Positions 26,295 to 40,479 of a stretch of 64,000 bases of DNA are shown piece after piece. Origin of the DNA: Eledone cirrhosa (Eukaryota). Every line of letters starts with the position of its first letter. Position 1 is the stretch's first letter. The position numbers and the translations under genes were made by a program. The notes under the pieces were generated by a model, which saw only the letters and a program-made list of their open reading frames with translations, did not search any database and was not told where the DNA came from. The stretch is from positions 312,852,001-312,916,000 of the forward strand of contig OZ024742.1 in assembly GCA_964016885.1 (NCBI GenBank), written 5' to 3'.

Positions 26295-27495
26295 TTAAGT
26301 ACTCACCACCTATACTGATTAGAATATGTCAAATGAATGGAAAATATTGAAATGTCAAAGGAAGTTGTAGAAAAGGAACAGGCCTGGCATCTGTCACACA
26401 TGAATATGGTTCAACAATTCTCTACTTAAAAGCCATTCTGAAGTGTTTTCTTCTCTGTTATGACATATCTACTGACCTCAGAAATGAATTTGTCACACAT
26501 AAACCAACCTGAAGATTTCCATAAGATACTATATAAAGACAGTTATACAAAACAGGCTACATAATCATTAAAGCCATTACTATCTACAAGAAGGCAAACA
26601 ATTGGTATTCATTAGAATGTCGGATAGAATGCTTTGTGGTATTTATTTTGGCTCGTCTGCACTCGCTGAGTTCAAATTCTGAAATCAGGATAAGCAATGA
26701 TCTGAGGAACCACAAGGTTTAAGACAAATTTTAACTTTTTTTATGGTATAAGAACCATAAAACTTTTGGTCAGCTGAATAACATTATTGACTGATTTACC
26801 AGCTGGAACCTTTTGGGAAACACTGTAGATTTTGTTTTTTATTCCTTCTTAAACTTTTAGAAAAATAATGAGCTCTTATATTCAAGTTGTCATGGTTTGA
26901 CAAGTGATTTGTTTTGAGACTGAGATGAAACTGAAGAAAATTACATTGTGGAAGAGCCATTTTAGTCATTAAAAAATACATAAGCACTGTTACTTTCCTT
27001 TTTTATTTATTTGGTTTATAACAGGTACACTGCATACCTGCATGTCGTAAAAAGTGACTGAAAAGGTTGGTGCCAGAAAGGGCATTTGGCCATAAAACAT
27101 TGCCTCAAAAATAAGCCCTTGATGAGAACGAGGCTTATTATGGAGGTCTGCTTAAAATACTTTGTGTTGTATCAGATGTCAAAATCTTTAGAGAAGAGAG
27201 AAGAGATTTAGTAAGTTTTGATGCTTATCACTTTCCTAAGATCATATAAGTACAAGAACCTGACAACAGCCTACCTACATATGAAAATGATTAATTAACT
27301 TGACTTACTGAGTTTTGAGGTAATTAATTACATTTATTTTGACTAGGCACAAAATCTGAACTAATCCCATCAGAATACACTCACATACATAATAACTAAG
27401 ACACACATACCCACATATACACAAGTACACACTTAATCCTTGAGATTCAAAACCACACACACACATGCACACACATATATATGAAAATATGTATG

Positions 27496-27526
<31 letters not shown>

Positions 27527-27781
27527 TCAAAATAGAGGGCACACAGGACAAAGACAAGAGAAAAACAACAAAAAGATGGAGAGATATCTCCTCAGTCAAC
27601 CTCTGGAAATCACTATAGGTTTGGTTGTGTAAGGTCGATACCACCATTCCAGTACACATTAGGACATAACAAAACAGGTAATGACAAGTTATGCCTTTAG
27701 GCAAATTACACAAATATAGAGAGTGCAAGGGTTTAGGCAAAGGAGAAAAATATAGGAAGGAATTAAATAGTAAAACAGAAG

Positions 27782-27812
<31 letters not shown>

Positions 27813-28039
27813 CACAGACATACACACTCACACACATACATACATACATATTTATATCACCTACCACACCCAGATATTTACTAAGCCTCTCCCAATGAAT
27901 AGGGTTCACTTACAATGTTTCAAAACTAGTACACATCCATTTTTGTCTTGATAAACTATTTTACAAGCTCTATGAGGTGCATATAATTTACACATAAACA
28001 TACCTTGTATGTATACACATGCATGTACACACACACACT

Positions 28040-28081
<42 letters not shown>

Positions 28082-28181
28082 CCATAACCTTATGTATGTT
28101 TGCCTATATATATGTGTATATATTTATGAATATATAAATCATATATGTGAGCATGTATGTACACATACAAATATATATACG

Positions 28182-28217
<36 letters not shown>

Positions 28218-28253
28218 CACACACATATATATACATATACACACATATATGTA

Positions 28254-28289
<36 letters not shown>

Positions 28290-28768
28290 TTTATGTACGT
28301 TTTTCCCTGCTTGCAAGGGTTGGACATATATATACATATATATATATATATATGTACCCTCTCTCTGTAAAGTTGGTACCACAACATCCAGTCCAAATAT
28401 ATGAGATCGAGATCGTGTAGGTGTCACGACAAAAAAAGACACAGTCCACGCTGTAATGTGGCCGTGTAGGTAACACGGTAAAAACCTCCCAGTTCCACAC
28501 TGTAAATGTGGTTGGTGTTAGGAAGGGCATCCAGCTGTAGAAAACCTGCCAGATAGTCCTATATGAGCGAACACGGTCACCCGACCAACCTTGCCTCAAG
28601 TGGGACAACTCCCGTCTAACCCATGCTAGCGTGGAAGATGGACGTTCAACGAAGATGATGATGATGTATATACATATATTATATACATACATATATACAT
28701 ATATATATATTTATATACAAGCACACATACACACACACACACAAATGTATGTATGTGTGTATATATAA

Positions 28769-28867
<99 letters not shown>

Positions 28868-28952
28868 TAAGTTATTCCGGGTTGAATCGGAGGTAACCAC
28901 AGTAAGTAAGGTACTCAATACATAGCAGAGTATAAAAGTTTTAATATAGATG

Positions 28953-29039
28953 AGATTCTACAGGACTAGAACTGTTTCATTCTTTAGAAATCATCTGATG
29001 ATTTCTAAAGAATGAAACAGTTCTAGTCCTGTAGAATCT
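28953..29039. repeat. Perfect palindrome (43-bp arms, 1-nt loop) containing a hammerhead core; Penelope pLTR-like remnant
   Basis: Arms are exact reverse complements; CTGATGA-TTTCTAAAGAAT-GAAACAGTTC at 28995-29023. Confidence 0.8.
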
Positions 29040-29052
29040 TATATATATATAT

Positions 29053-29410
29053 GGAGGCATATGGCTTAGTGGTTAGAGCATCGGCCTTGCAATCGAAAGG
29101 TTGTGAGTTCAATTCTCAGACTGGGTGATGTGTTGTTCCTTGAGCAATACACTTTATTTCACATTGCTCCGGTTTACTCAGCTGTAGAAATGAGATGATA
29201 GGGACTTGGGTCCCTATCATTCCACTGCAAAGTGCTCGTCGAGGTGCCATGGCAAAAAAGCACCCAGCACTCACTGTAAATGAGGTTGGTGTTAGGAAGG
29301 GCATCCAGCTGTAGAAATCAAGCCAAAATCAATTCCCGTCCCACCCTTGCAAGCAGGGAAAAGCGGACGTAAAATGATGATGATGATGATGATAATGATG
29401 ATGATTATGA
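29053..29410 (+). mobile_element. Full SINE family A (tRNA-derived head, RTE-type short tail, (GAT)n)
   Basis: A box TGGCTTAGTGG, B box GAGTTCAATTC, core CCTTGAGCAA.ACACTT, tail CCCACCCTTGCAAGCAGGGAAAAGCGGACGTAAAA(TGA)n; similar copy at 58425-58760. Confidence 0.88.
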
Positions 29411-29890
29411 TATATATATATATACACACAAACACACATACAAGGATACCTATACGTACATGTTAGCTTAACAAAGTATTTAAAATCACTTTTTCTTTGC
29501 CCTCATTTCAGTGGGGAAGATTATCACACATCCCAGACTGACAAGTAAACATCCATATGAATGGGAAGAACCTCTATAGAGAGATTTCAATAAAATTTAC
29601 TTGTATTATTTGATCTTTGATCATAGTTGTGGTTTATGTGTTTCTTTAGATTTGTTTTCTTCCTTTTCGGTACATCATTAACTGTATTCATACCAAACAT
29701 ACAATCATATGCATCAAATTACACTATTTTCTGCATATATAAAGTGTGCACATAAATTCATAGTTAAACAAATATAGATTTAGAAAAGAGAGTTGTTTAA
29801 AAAAATAATCCAATAACAGTTGTATATGTTTATAGATATTTGTGATTCTGCATATATATGTGTATGATATGTATGCATATCTCCCCCCCC

Positions 29891-29933
<43 letters not shown>

Positions 29934-30099
29934 ATACACACACATATACATATATAGTACATATTCGTATGTGCAAATATACAATATATATATATATATA
30001 TGATATATACATTTTATATATTTACACATACGAATATGTACTATATATGTATAAATGTGTGTACAATATCTTTATTCATATGCTATATACATGTGTGCG

Positions 30100-30130
<31 letters not shown>

Positions 30131-30179
30131 TCATCATCATCATCGTTTAACGTCTATCTTCCATACTAGCATGGGTTTC

Positions 30180-30222
<43 letters not shown>

Positions 30223-30699
30223 TAATGAATATATGATAAACACTAATACAAGTATATAAGTGTTTGTATTGCAAATGACCAAGTTAGCTATATATATATA
30301 GTTTACTCAGCTGTAGAAATGAGATGATAGGGAGTGGGGTCCCTATCATTCCACTGCAAAGTGGTCGTGGAGGTGCCACGGCAAAAAAGCACCCAGCACT
30401 CACTGTAAATGTGGTTGGTGTTAGGAAGGGCATCCAGCTGTAGAAATCAAGCCAGAATCAGTTCCATGTCCCACCCTTGCAAGCAGGGAAAAGCAGACGT
30501 AAAATGAAATGAATGAAATGAATATGCTATATCATCATCCTCCTCATCATCATCATTTTACTTCTATATTTCCATGCTGGTATAGAATGGTTGGGTTGCT
30601 ACAGACTGTGTCAGTGCTTCATATGAGTTAGTCTTCTAGATCAGTCAGGGATTCTTATTTTACTCAATATGTTCTTTCTTTGACAAGATTTCTACAGCT

Positions 30700-30985
30700 G
30701 GGTGCCCTTCCTAACACATCAACCCCTTTACAGAGTGTACTGGGTGCTCTTCCTAACATCAACCACTTTACAGAGTGTACTGGGTGCCTTTCCTAACATC
30801 AACCACTTTACAGAGTGTACTGGGTGCCTTTCCTAACATCAACCACTTTACAGAGTGTACTGGGTACTCTTCCTAACATCAACCACTTTACAGAGTGTAC
30901 TGGGTGCCTTTCCTAACACCAACCACTTTACAGAGTGTACTGGTTGCTCTTCCTAACATCAACCACTTTACAGAGTGTATTGAGT
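30700..30985. repeat. ~7 x 40-bp tandem repeat amplified from the SINE A core
   Basis: Unit TCCTAACATCAACCACTTTACAGAGTGTACTGGGTGCCTT. Confidence 0.9.
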
Positions 30986-33233
30986 ACATATTATCATGTC
31001 ACCATGACTAGGGAGGTTGTCATGCTCTTAGCCTGACTGACAAATCTTCCTTACCATATGTTCTTACTATTCAAATGCCAACTCCCTTACAGAGTATACT
31101 CAGTGCATTTTATAACTGTTTCTACTTTAGGCACAAGGCCTGCAATTTGAAAGGGAAGGCAAAGTTGATTAAATCGACCCCAGTGCGTTACTGGTGCTTT
31201 ATTTTATCAACAATGTAAAGATGAAAGGCAAAGCTATCCTCGGCAGGATTTAAACTCAGAATGTAAAGGGCTGTTACTATGCCGCAAAACATGGTGTCTG
31301 ATGTTTTACCTAATTTATAATGACACAATCACTGGCAAGGCTATATTGTTCCCAGACAAACCTGATTGGAAGTGAAAATAGTATAGTAGTGGTTATGGGG
31401 GGAACAGAGATGTATGGTAAGTATGGGGGGGGGGGGTGAGATATATATATATATAGAAGGGAGTAATGGAGAGAGTGAGTGGTGACTGTATGACTGGTTG
31501 TTGGTAGGAGACTGAATAAAGAACAGCAATAGGAGAGTAAAAGGAGAAAACAAGAGAGGTGCATGATATGGCAAAAGGTTGATGTCAATGAAAAGCCATA
31601 TGACAGCAAGAGGTATTCTCGGGGCTCAAATAATAGGGGGGAGGGGGTAAGGGGGGCTCGAATAAGCAGGGGGGTTGGAATATATGGGGATGGGTAGAAC
31701 ATCGGTAATTTTTCTAGGTTGTCTCCGTTGATTTTTTCTTTAAAAACGAGAATTAGTCATTTAGTTTACATATTGAGACTCCCAACCCATCCTATTAATT
31801 GTATAAAATATGAGATTTCTTGTAATGTTCTTTTTTTGTCATATATAATGCTTTTTAATGTATAAAGAAAATTGATTTTGCTGGAAATAGATTAACAAAA
31901 TTTAATAAGTAGGGTTGGAAAAAATTAAAAACATTAATAAGCGGTGGAGGGAGATGATTATTCGAGAGTAGATGTCAATGGTTAGTCATATGGAATAGAG
32001 AACTTGATGGTCAGAGGTAGATAACAGGATAGAGAAGGAGAGAGAGTGAGAGCTATCATTAACAGTGGAGTATGATTGTCAGGGTCCCAAATGTGGGTTG
32101 TCATGGGGGAGGGGTAGATAGGTAAAATGCTATATGTGTGGTTGTAGAAAAGATACAGAACTAATAGCAATTGTTTCTACTTTAGGTGCAAGACCAACAA
32201 TTTAAAGGGGAAGGGAAAGTCGATTATATCAACCCCAGTGCATTACTGGTACTTTATTTTATTGACTCCATACGGATGAAAGCAAAGCTAACCTCAGCAG
32301 GATATGAAATCAGAATATAAAGGGCCATAATTCTATGCCGCAAAGTATTTGGTCCGATACTCTACCAATTCTCCCAATCCTATGAATAATAATGGAGAGA
32401 TTGAGAATAGACAGGCTAAGTTCCACACTTCAGTAGATGGTTGTGGGGCAGAGGATACAATAGAGGGCAACAGATTTTCATCCGCCACCCTCTATTCCAT
32501 AAAATTACACTATGTTAGGCACATACAAAGTGTGCATATAAATGCATACAAATTCATAGTGAAACAAATACAGATTTAGAAAAGTGTAGTGTTTAAAAAC
32601 ATGCAACAACAGCTGTATATGTTCATAGATATTTGTGATAACACTACAATTCTATATATTCTATATAGAATGCTACACAAAACAAGGTGAATAATTATGG
32701 AAACTTTATTAATATCAGAATATAAAGCAAAAATTAACTCATAGATACAGTATAATCATCATCATCATCATTTAATGTCCATTTTTCCATGTTTGCATGA
32801 GTTAGACAGGCTGTCAAATTATGAGACAAGTCAGGTCCGGAGATCATGTCATGCTCATATGGATTTGTATTTTGGCTTGGTTTCTACAGCTGGAAGTCCT
32901 TCCTAATGGTAATGTAAAACCAATTATGATAACTGCTATGCTTCAACCATTTAGACATTTAAAATCAGGTGTCTGTGATTACCTAACTACTCTTATGATC
33001 CTTAATGACCATTCTTAGGCATGTGATCAATACATCATTAGTACAGCCATTCTGACTCTGGAGATGGAACCATGAAGTCTTCAAAACATAGATTTAGGAA
33101 CTCTACTGTTCCTGACTAAATATAAAGGACTAGTAAAAATTACAACTCCTTAATAAAAATGATCAAACAGGAGCACAGTCATGAATTTAAATATGCAGAT
33201 ATTCAATGTGTATGTGTGTGTGTGTGCATAATA

Positions 33234-33266
<33 letters not shown>

Positions 33267-33601
33267 ATAACATGTGCGTGCGTGCACATCTGTGTCTATG
33301 CATGTATACATAGAAACAGCTTTTCTTTAACAAGTTTTGTTGGATATGAAGCAGTTTATATGGTAATGATGCAAGTTATATACATTGGATTTATTTCAGA
33401 CAAAAATACCCAAATTCACAAAAATATCATTTCCAGAAAGATTCTGATGAGATAAAGAACAAAATCTTGAAACATTTAAATATAAGAAGCTCTGACTGAG
33501 AAAATTCTCGCTTAAAAAGGACATTCTTAAAACTTCAGACTGATGTAATTCCACACACCACCCCTATGAAAAGGTGAGAGCAGAAAGGGAATCAAGGACT
33601 G

Positions 33602-33640
<39 letters not shown>

Positions 33641-33685
33641 GTGATGAAACATAAGTCAATTGCATGAACTCATAATCCTTTATTT

Positions 33686-33741
33686 ACTGCTATATATATT
33701 TCGATGATAGCCATTGAATGGCTATGTCCTCATCAGGCAGT
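33686..33741 (-). ncRNA. Minimal type-I hammerhead ribozyme
   Basis: Minus strand: ACTGC-CTGATGA-GGAC[ATAGCCATT-C-AATGGCTAT]CATC-GAAA-TATATAT-A-GCAGT. Stem I ACTGC/GCAGT, hairpin stem II, palindromic stem III, AUA cleavage triplet. Confidence 0.75.
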
Positions 33742-34129
33742 TAGTCAGTTCTTAGATATGCCAGCTCTGTGTAACTGACTAACTGCCTGATAACTCATTG
33801 GCAGTATCGGTAGAGGGTCGGACGCCATGCTTTCCAGCATAGTTACGTCCCTTTACGATCTGAGTTCAAATCCTGCCGAGGTTGACTTTGCCTTTCATCC
33901 TTACGGGGTCGATAAAATAAAGTACCAGTAATGCACTGGGTAATTGCTGGCCTTGTGCCTAAAGTAGAAACAATTATAACTCCAGAACTTATATCTTCGT
34001 TGAGTGCTCCCTATCCGCATACTGAAGTACTGGATTTTACCAACACTTTCTTGCTTATATATATATATTTACATCTTTTTTTATTTTTTTATATATATAT
34101 ATGTATGTATATGTGTTTGTGTGTATATG

Positions 34130-34168
<39 letters not shown>

Positions 34169-34170
34169 AC

Positions 34171-34219
<49 letters not shown>

Positions 34220-34687
34220 CCATGTGCATGTATGTAGTTAGTCATGCAGTAAAGTAGCACAAAATAGATTAAATCCCACAGTGTATATACAGTTACTCTG
34301 CCACGCTATCACTCTCTCTGTATCTTTGTCATTCTTTCCTTCTCTCTACCTTAGAACAAACACACATTCATATAAAGGTATGCTTTAAGACACTATCAGA
34401 TATTAAACTACTCTCTTAGTTAATAATAGAATGTGTAATATTTATCACTTGCATCTACCAATTCAAACTCTTTGCTATTGGCAGCTTATACCATTAAATA
34501 TATATAATTAATTAATTAAATTAGTTTATTCTTTTTCTGGTTTCAGTCATTAGACTTTGGTCATGCTGGGGCACCACCTTTAAAAGAATCATATTGACCT
34601 AGTACTTGTTTTTTCAAGTCTAGTACATGTATTATTGATCTCTTTTCACTGAACCATTAAGTCATGGACCACAAACAAATGGAAACA

Positions 34688-34726
<39 letters not shown>

Positions 34727-34934
34727 CATGGGCTTCTCCACAGTTTCCATCAACCAAATTTCACTCAAGTTATTGATCAATGAAAGGTTATACTAGCTTA
34801 TACTTGTCCAAGTTGACATGTAGCAGGATTGAACTCAAAGCCATCTGGTTTCTGGTTGCAAAGTACAAGTAAACTCCTTAACCACCCAACATGATTATAT
34901 TTATTATTCAATTGGTGTTCAAAAGCTTGTTTAA

Positions 34935-35154
34935 TCCTTTAGCATTTCAACCAGCCATATCCGACCAAGGTTCTCTCACTTCTTTTGGTTAAACTGGACA
35001 TGACTGGCTGCTCATACTGATGTTAAGGTATTGTTCTGAAAATAAATAATATCAAAATCTCATAGATTTGATATTATGTGTGATAATTATGCGAGATAAA
35101 GCCTTTACCATGAAAATACAATAGAAAATATAAAGTAATGCAAATGCTAAAGGG
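34935..35154. mobile_element. piggyBac-like MITE, family 1 (opposite orientation)
   Basis: TTAA flanks; TCCTTTAGCATTT / AAATGCTAAAGGG. Confidence 0.8.
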
Positions 35155-38100
35155 TTAAAAGAATCAGTAAACATGTTTTAAACAAACACACAAACAACAT
35201 ACACAGGAATGCATACATACAGGTATACATACATACATATATATATATATATATTATTCAATTGATGAAAGTTGGTTGATCATATAATCTGCTGACTTTT
35301 TTGTAAACAGATGCAAAGCACTCTATGATTTGTATTCTTTAGGATTTTCTTGTTAAGGTATCAATCAGAGTTTCGAATAAAGGAAGATGTACGATATATA
35401 TATCAGCATCATATTTAAACTTAATTTTACCATGTTTTCATGGGTTAGATGGGTTGACACATTATGAGACAAATCAGGACAAATGACCATGTTCTGCTCA
35501 TACAGATCTGTATTTTAGCTTGGTTTCCATGGTTGGATGCCCTTCCTAACACCAACCATGTTACAGTGTGGACTGAGTGCTTTTTCATCATGTCACCAGC
35601 TTGACCACCATACAAGGTGACTGTGTTCTTTTTTCTTATGACACCATATATATATATATATATATATATCCCATCCAAACCCATGCAAGCGTGGAACATG
35701 GACGTTAAACGATGATGATGATGATGATGATGATGATATATATATACACACACACACACATGCATGCACATACATAGACATATACACTTGTTCATGTAAA
35801 TGCCCCACATATACATATATATACTTTAACCATATCTTCATATATGTCTTGCCATTTACATTCACACACATATGCACACAATGTGTAACTTAGGTTTCAA
35901 CATTTGAACTCTCATAGATGATGATGCTGTGTGTTCTATATTCTTATGACTACCCAGGAAAAAACAAAATGACTAGCCAGGAAAAAACAAAATGACTACC
36001 CAGGAAAAAACCAAAAAATGGGTATTTTTGTCATTGACTATGCTCTTAAAAGTGATAGTCTATAATGATAACTTATTAGTAAAGTAGCAAACATCGTCTT
36101 CCAGCTTATTCATATCGGAAAACTGAAACTTCCCTTTAGACCTAGCATGCGACATGTGCATCCAATTTAGAATAAATACACTGTATCCTTGCATGTTGTA
36201 AGAGGAAAGGCATCCAATACTAAATCATTGCCTCAAAAAGGACCTCATAATCAGTATGAAACCTGTCATAAAGTATGCAAGGCTAACTCTAACTTTAGCA
36301 GGGAAAATGGTTTTTAAATGTTTGTTGTTGCTTTAGGTTTGTAAGAAAATATGCATGTATATCATCATCATCATCATTTAATATCCACTTTCCACGCTAG
36401 CATGGGTTAGACGGGTTGTCCCTTTTGATGTAAGTTGGATCAGGTGACTGTGTCTTGCTCATATGGAACTGTTTCTGGCTAGATTTCTACAGCTGGATAC
36501 CCTTCCTAATACCAACCACATTTACAGTGTGTGCTGGGTTCTTTTTGTTATTACACCTACATGACCACCTTGCAAGAGATTTCATGGAATTTCATGGTCA
36601 GGTATACTGAAAGGTGATAACTTATTAATATTGAAGCAAACCAGCAAATCAAATGTAGTATTCAGCTTGTTCCAGTACGAAGACTGAAAGATGCCATTAA
36701 AACCAGACATGCAGTCTAGATTTGATTGTATATAAACCAAAGTTACTTCAATCATACCACTCCAGCAAGTCAAAAAGAAGTATTTACTTAGGTATGTTTG
36801 CAAGTAAATTTAATCAAAAGGTTAATATCCATTACATGTACTTCAGATACATTGACAAGCAGACTTTCATGTTACTGGCTGACCATGTTTAGAAATTGAA
36901 AAAGCTCAAAAGGTTTACAGTTTTAAAGAGAGAATGTTTGCAACATGTAGATAATATACCAATGTGGCCAGGAAATGCCAACCTTAATTAGTAGAGCTGA
37001 TGCACACATTGAGCAAGTTAAAATATTTCAGATCACCTTAAAAAGTTCATGTTAGCCAATTGGAAAAACCCTCCTATACCAGACCAACACTCACTATAGC
37101 ATGCATTTCACACCCTCTAATCTAAAACATTGATATTACACAACTCTATATCAACGAGGAGTATGTTAGAACATTTGACACCTGAAAAACCTTTTTTAGA
37201 TAGACCATAAAAAACTTCCCATCTCATTCCATATGCATCATATTAGATAAATTATCATTTTACACAATTATGCAAACAAGATATTATCTTAAGCATACCT
37301 AAGTACAAAAATACTTTGAGATAGACTTCCACATACTTTTCTTATACACATAAATACATTTATTATACAAAATAATGTAACTTTAATATAGGACAGCAAA
37401 TTACATTTGACAAAAGGTCACATTTGTGTAACTAATAACATATTTTAACCCTTTTCTAACTATTTTATTTCTCCTTAAAAATTTATGCATTCTTACTTTT
37501 AAATATACTAGTGCAACACCCATTCCATGTAACTGCATTGCTAATTCTTCTATAGGAAAGCATTTCAAATTATTTTATTATAGAAATGCATTAAAAATCT
37601 TGTGTCTTTTCCATCAGTCCTCACCACACTAAATGATTATAGCTTTAGCCCACTATATATTTATTTGTTAAATGCAAATAAAATATAGGTTGCATGACTT
37701 CATTTCCTCACAATTTTCATAATAAGTGTATTTTACAGAGATACACTTTCAAATCTGTAGATTAAGATTATCAGTTATATAGTCAACAAGATGGCAAATT
37801 TATTGAGTTATTGGAATACCAGATAGAATGCTTTGCAGTTTTCATTTCAGCTTTCTGTAGTCTGTGCTCAAATCCCACTGATTTGAACTTTGCCTTTTAT
37901 TCTTTCAAGGACCTTAAACATTTCCAGTCCAGGACTAGGGGCGGTTTCTTTCTCACTTACTCTCTATCATTCTCTCTCCTTCGTTAGAAGAAATCGGCTG
38001 TGTTCATACCTAGAGAGGGATGGGCTCTGCCAGGTTTTAAATACCCCCTGTATACCACTACAGTGTTCCTGTGACTCAATCACGTTATATGTTCATACAT

Positions 38101-39509
38101 ACAAACAATAGAGAGAGCTACACAGTGGGGTGTAGGCTTAAAAAAGTAATCTAAGCATTGCTTGTCCTCTAAAAATTATTCACTTCCAAATCAATATATA
38201 TTTTTTCTTTAATATATTATTTAACATTCTGTATATAACATTCTGTATGTTTTTTTGTCTCAGTAGTTTTGTCTCAGTAGTCTATTGTAGTAGAAGTCAA
38301 CTCTTGAAATATTAAAAGTATACTACACACAGATTTTTAAAATGTCCAAACACATACATGTTTCTTCAGATAAAACCAAATGCATGAACTGAAATCCACA
38401 CATAACATAGACACTCATCCAATGATATTACCACTATCCATAAGAAAACCAACTCTAGTGCTTACCATGTTATTGATTCAGAAACAAAAGAAACAGCTAC
38501 CAGTTTAAAAATAGATGACAGACTATAAAAATTAGTGTTAGGTGAACCATACATTACACTTAAGGATCATAAAGATAATTTTCTCACCAATTATCAAATA
38601 TGAGAAAAATGGAAATAGGTAAGGTAATTAAAATTGTTTCAAATTTCATCATTTTAAATATTATAGGCTACTTCTGATATGGAATAATAGTTTATCAGTT
38701 ATCAAGTGGTTTGATAACAGATAATAATCACCATTGCATATTTCTGCAGTTAGATATAGTAGAATTCCATCAGTCTATAACTATATCCTTTCTTGAAAAG
38801 GTTTAGAATTTGGTAAAAGTTTTATTTCAATTAGTGATTCTGACATTCATATTATTGTGTATGCTAGGAAATCTTTGCCATTGCATGCTAATTCATTTTG
38901 TTAAATGTAATGGCTAGGAATTGTTTGATGTAGTTATGGGATTGTACAATGAAGCCGAGGCTTAGGAATTGATAGGATTTTACACTTTAAACTAAACTTC
39001 ATTTTCTCTCTCCCGATTTATCATTAAAATGAATCCATATCTCACAGTAGGAGTCTATTTAACTTTTATTGATTGTCCCGTCATATCTTTGTAAACTACT
39101 GATTGACTTTAATTAAATTTCTTAATTATTTATTTTTTCAGCTACTCTCTTCTGATGATAAAGTTTTCATTGACAGCTTTTAACTCCCTTTAAAGGGAAC
39201 TAATTTATACTCAAGCATTCTTTTTTTATTATCTTCAAACAGTTTTCCATTTTATTTTTCATTCTTTTGATGGTGAAGTGTGTCGTCATTTGTGTGTCTG
39301 AGTTTAATAAACATCATCACATAATTGATAATCTTCCATAGATCACAGATCTTTTCTACCATTTAAAAAGATCCATGATAACACATTTTTTTTTTATTGT
39401 TTTGCTTTTGTTGAAGGGGTGGGCGCATATAAACAAGAGTTAATTTGACAAAATGAGGGAACACTAGACTGATGTAAATATTCAACACTGCTCCATTAAT
39501 GAGTGTTAA

Positions 39510-39727
39510 CGCTTTAGCATTTATATTACTCTATATTGACTATTGTATTTTCACAGAAAAGGCTTTATCTCACATAATTATCTCACATAATATTGAAAAT
39601 ATGAGATTTTGATATTTATTTTGAGAACAATACCTTAATGTCGGCATGAGCAGCTGATTACGACTGGTTTGAATAGAAAGAGATGAGAGAATTCTAGTGA
39701 GATATGGCTGCTTTAAATGCTAAAGGG
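39510..39727. mobile_element. piggyBac-like MITE, family 1
   Basis: TTAA flanks; CGCTTTAGCATTT / AAATGCTAAAGGG; colinear with 6868-7152. Confidence 0.8.
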
Positions 39728-40479
39728 TTAATATAGATCCAGTTCCTCTCGTACATCAAGTGTGGTACTTCTAGTGTCATGTATTTTAAAAATAAAATAA
39801 TCTTTTCATGAAATATTTCACTTTGAATACATTTTGATTATCTTTGCACATCATTCCCCTAGCTTGTAATATATTTGTTATCATCACTGCTGTTACATTC
39901 ACCATTCACTAATTAACCTCGTCAGTGCCATAGACGAGATAACTCATCCTAACATGTTTGAACTCTTTTCCAACAGTTTATAACTTCAAAGCTAGATGGG
40001 GTTACTAGTTTATTGATGGAATCATTCAGATATGTGTTGCCAATAAATGTTTGTTTAAAAAAATAGTCATTTTACTGAAAAAAAGACCCAGCACAGCAAC
40101 TGTAGCTGTGTAAAATATACACGGCAGTCAACAGGTTAATTATAGTGGATGGTCAGCTTAACTGTGATATAACATAATAACAGTAGGAGCTTTATCTGTA
40201 TGACATGTAGTATCAATGTTGATAAATGTATGTCTATTCCAGGAGAATGTCCACATGGTGTTATTTGAACATTGTTTGCAATTTTGAGAATAAAGTTACA
40301 ACCATCTTCCTTCATTCAACAAATGTTTGGTGACATAATTGTTTTGTTGTAAAAGAATTTAACTGTGGGTGCAGTTCAACCTAGTGTTCTAGTATTCTAT
40401 TCATATACACAACAGAAAGATTTGATTTTATCATTTTATAGCAATAAATAACTAAAAACAAATTGTTGATGAATGTGCA

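Noticed and set aside
29053-29125. tRNA gene
   Set aside because: A/B boxes are present but there is no proper acceptor stem, and it continues into a SINE body; same at 58425 and 61578.
33440-33485. CTGATGA..GAAAC hammerhead-like match
   Set aside because: Stems I and II are only ~3 bp and out of register; plausible by chance in AT-rich DNA.
36600-39400. Long AT-rich stretch as a possible gene region
   Set aside because: No ORF or exon pattern that I can support; small exons cannot be excluded without transcript data.
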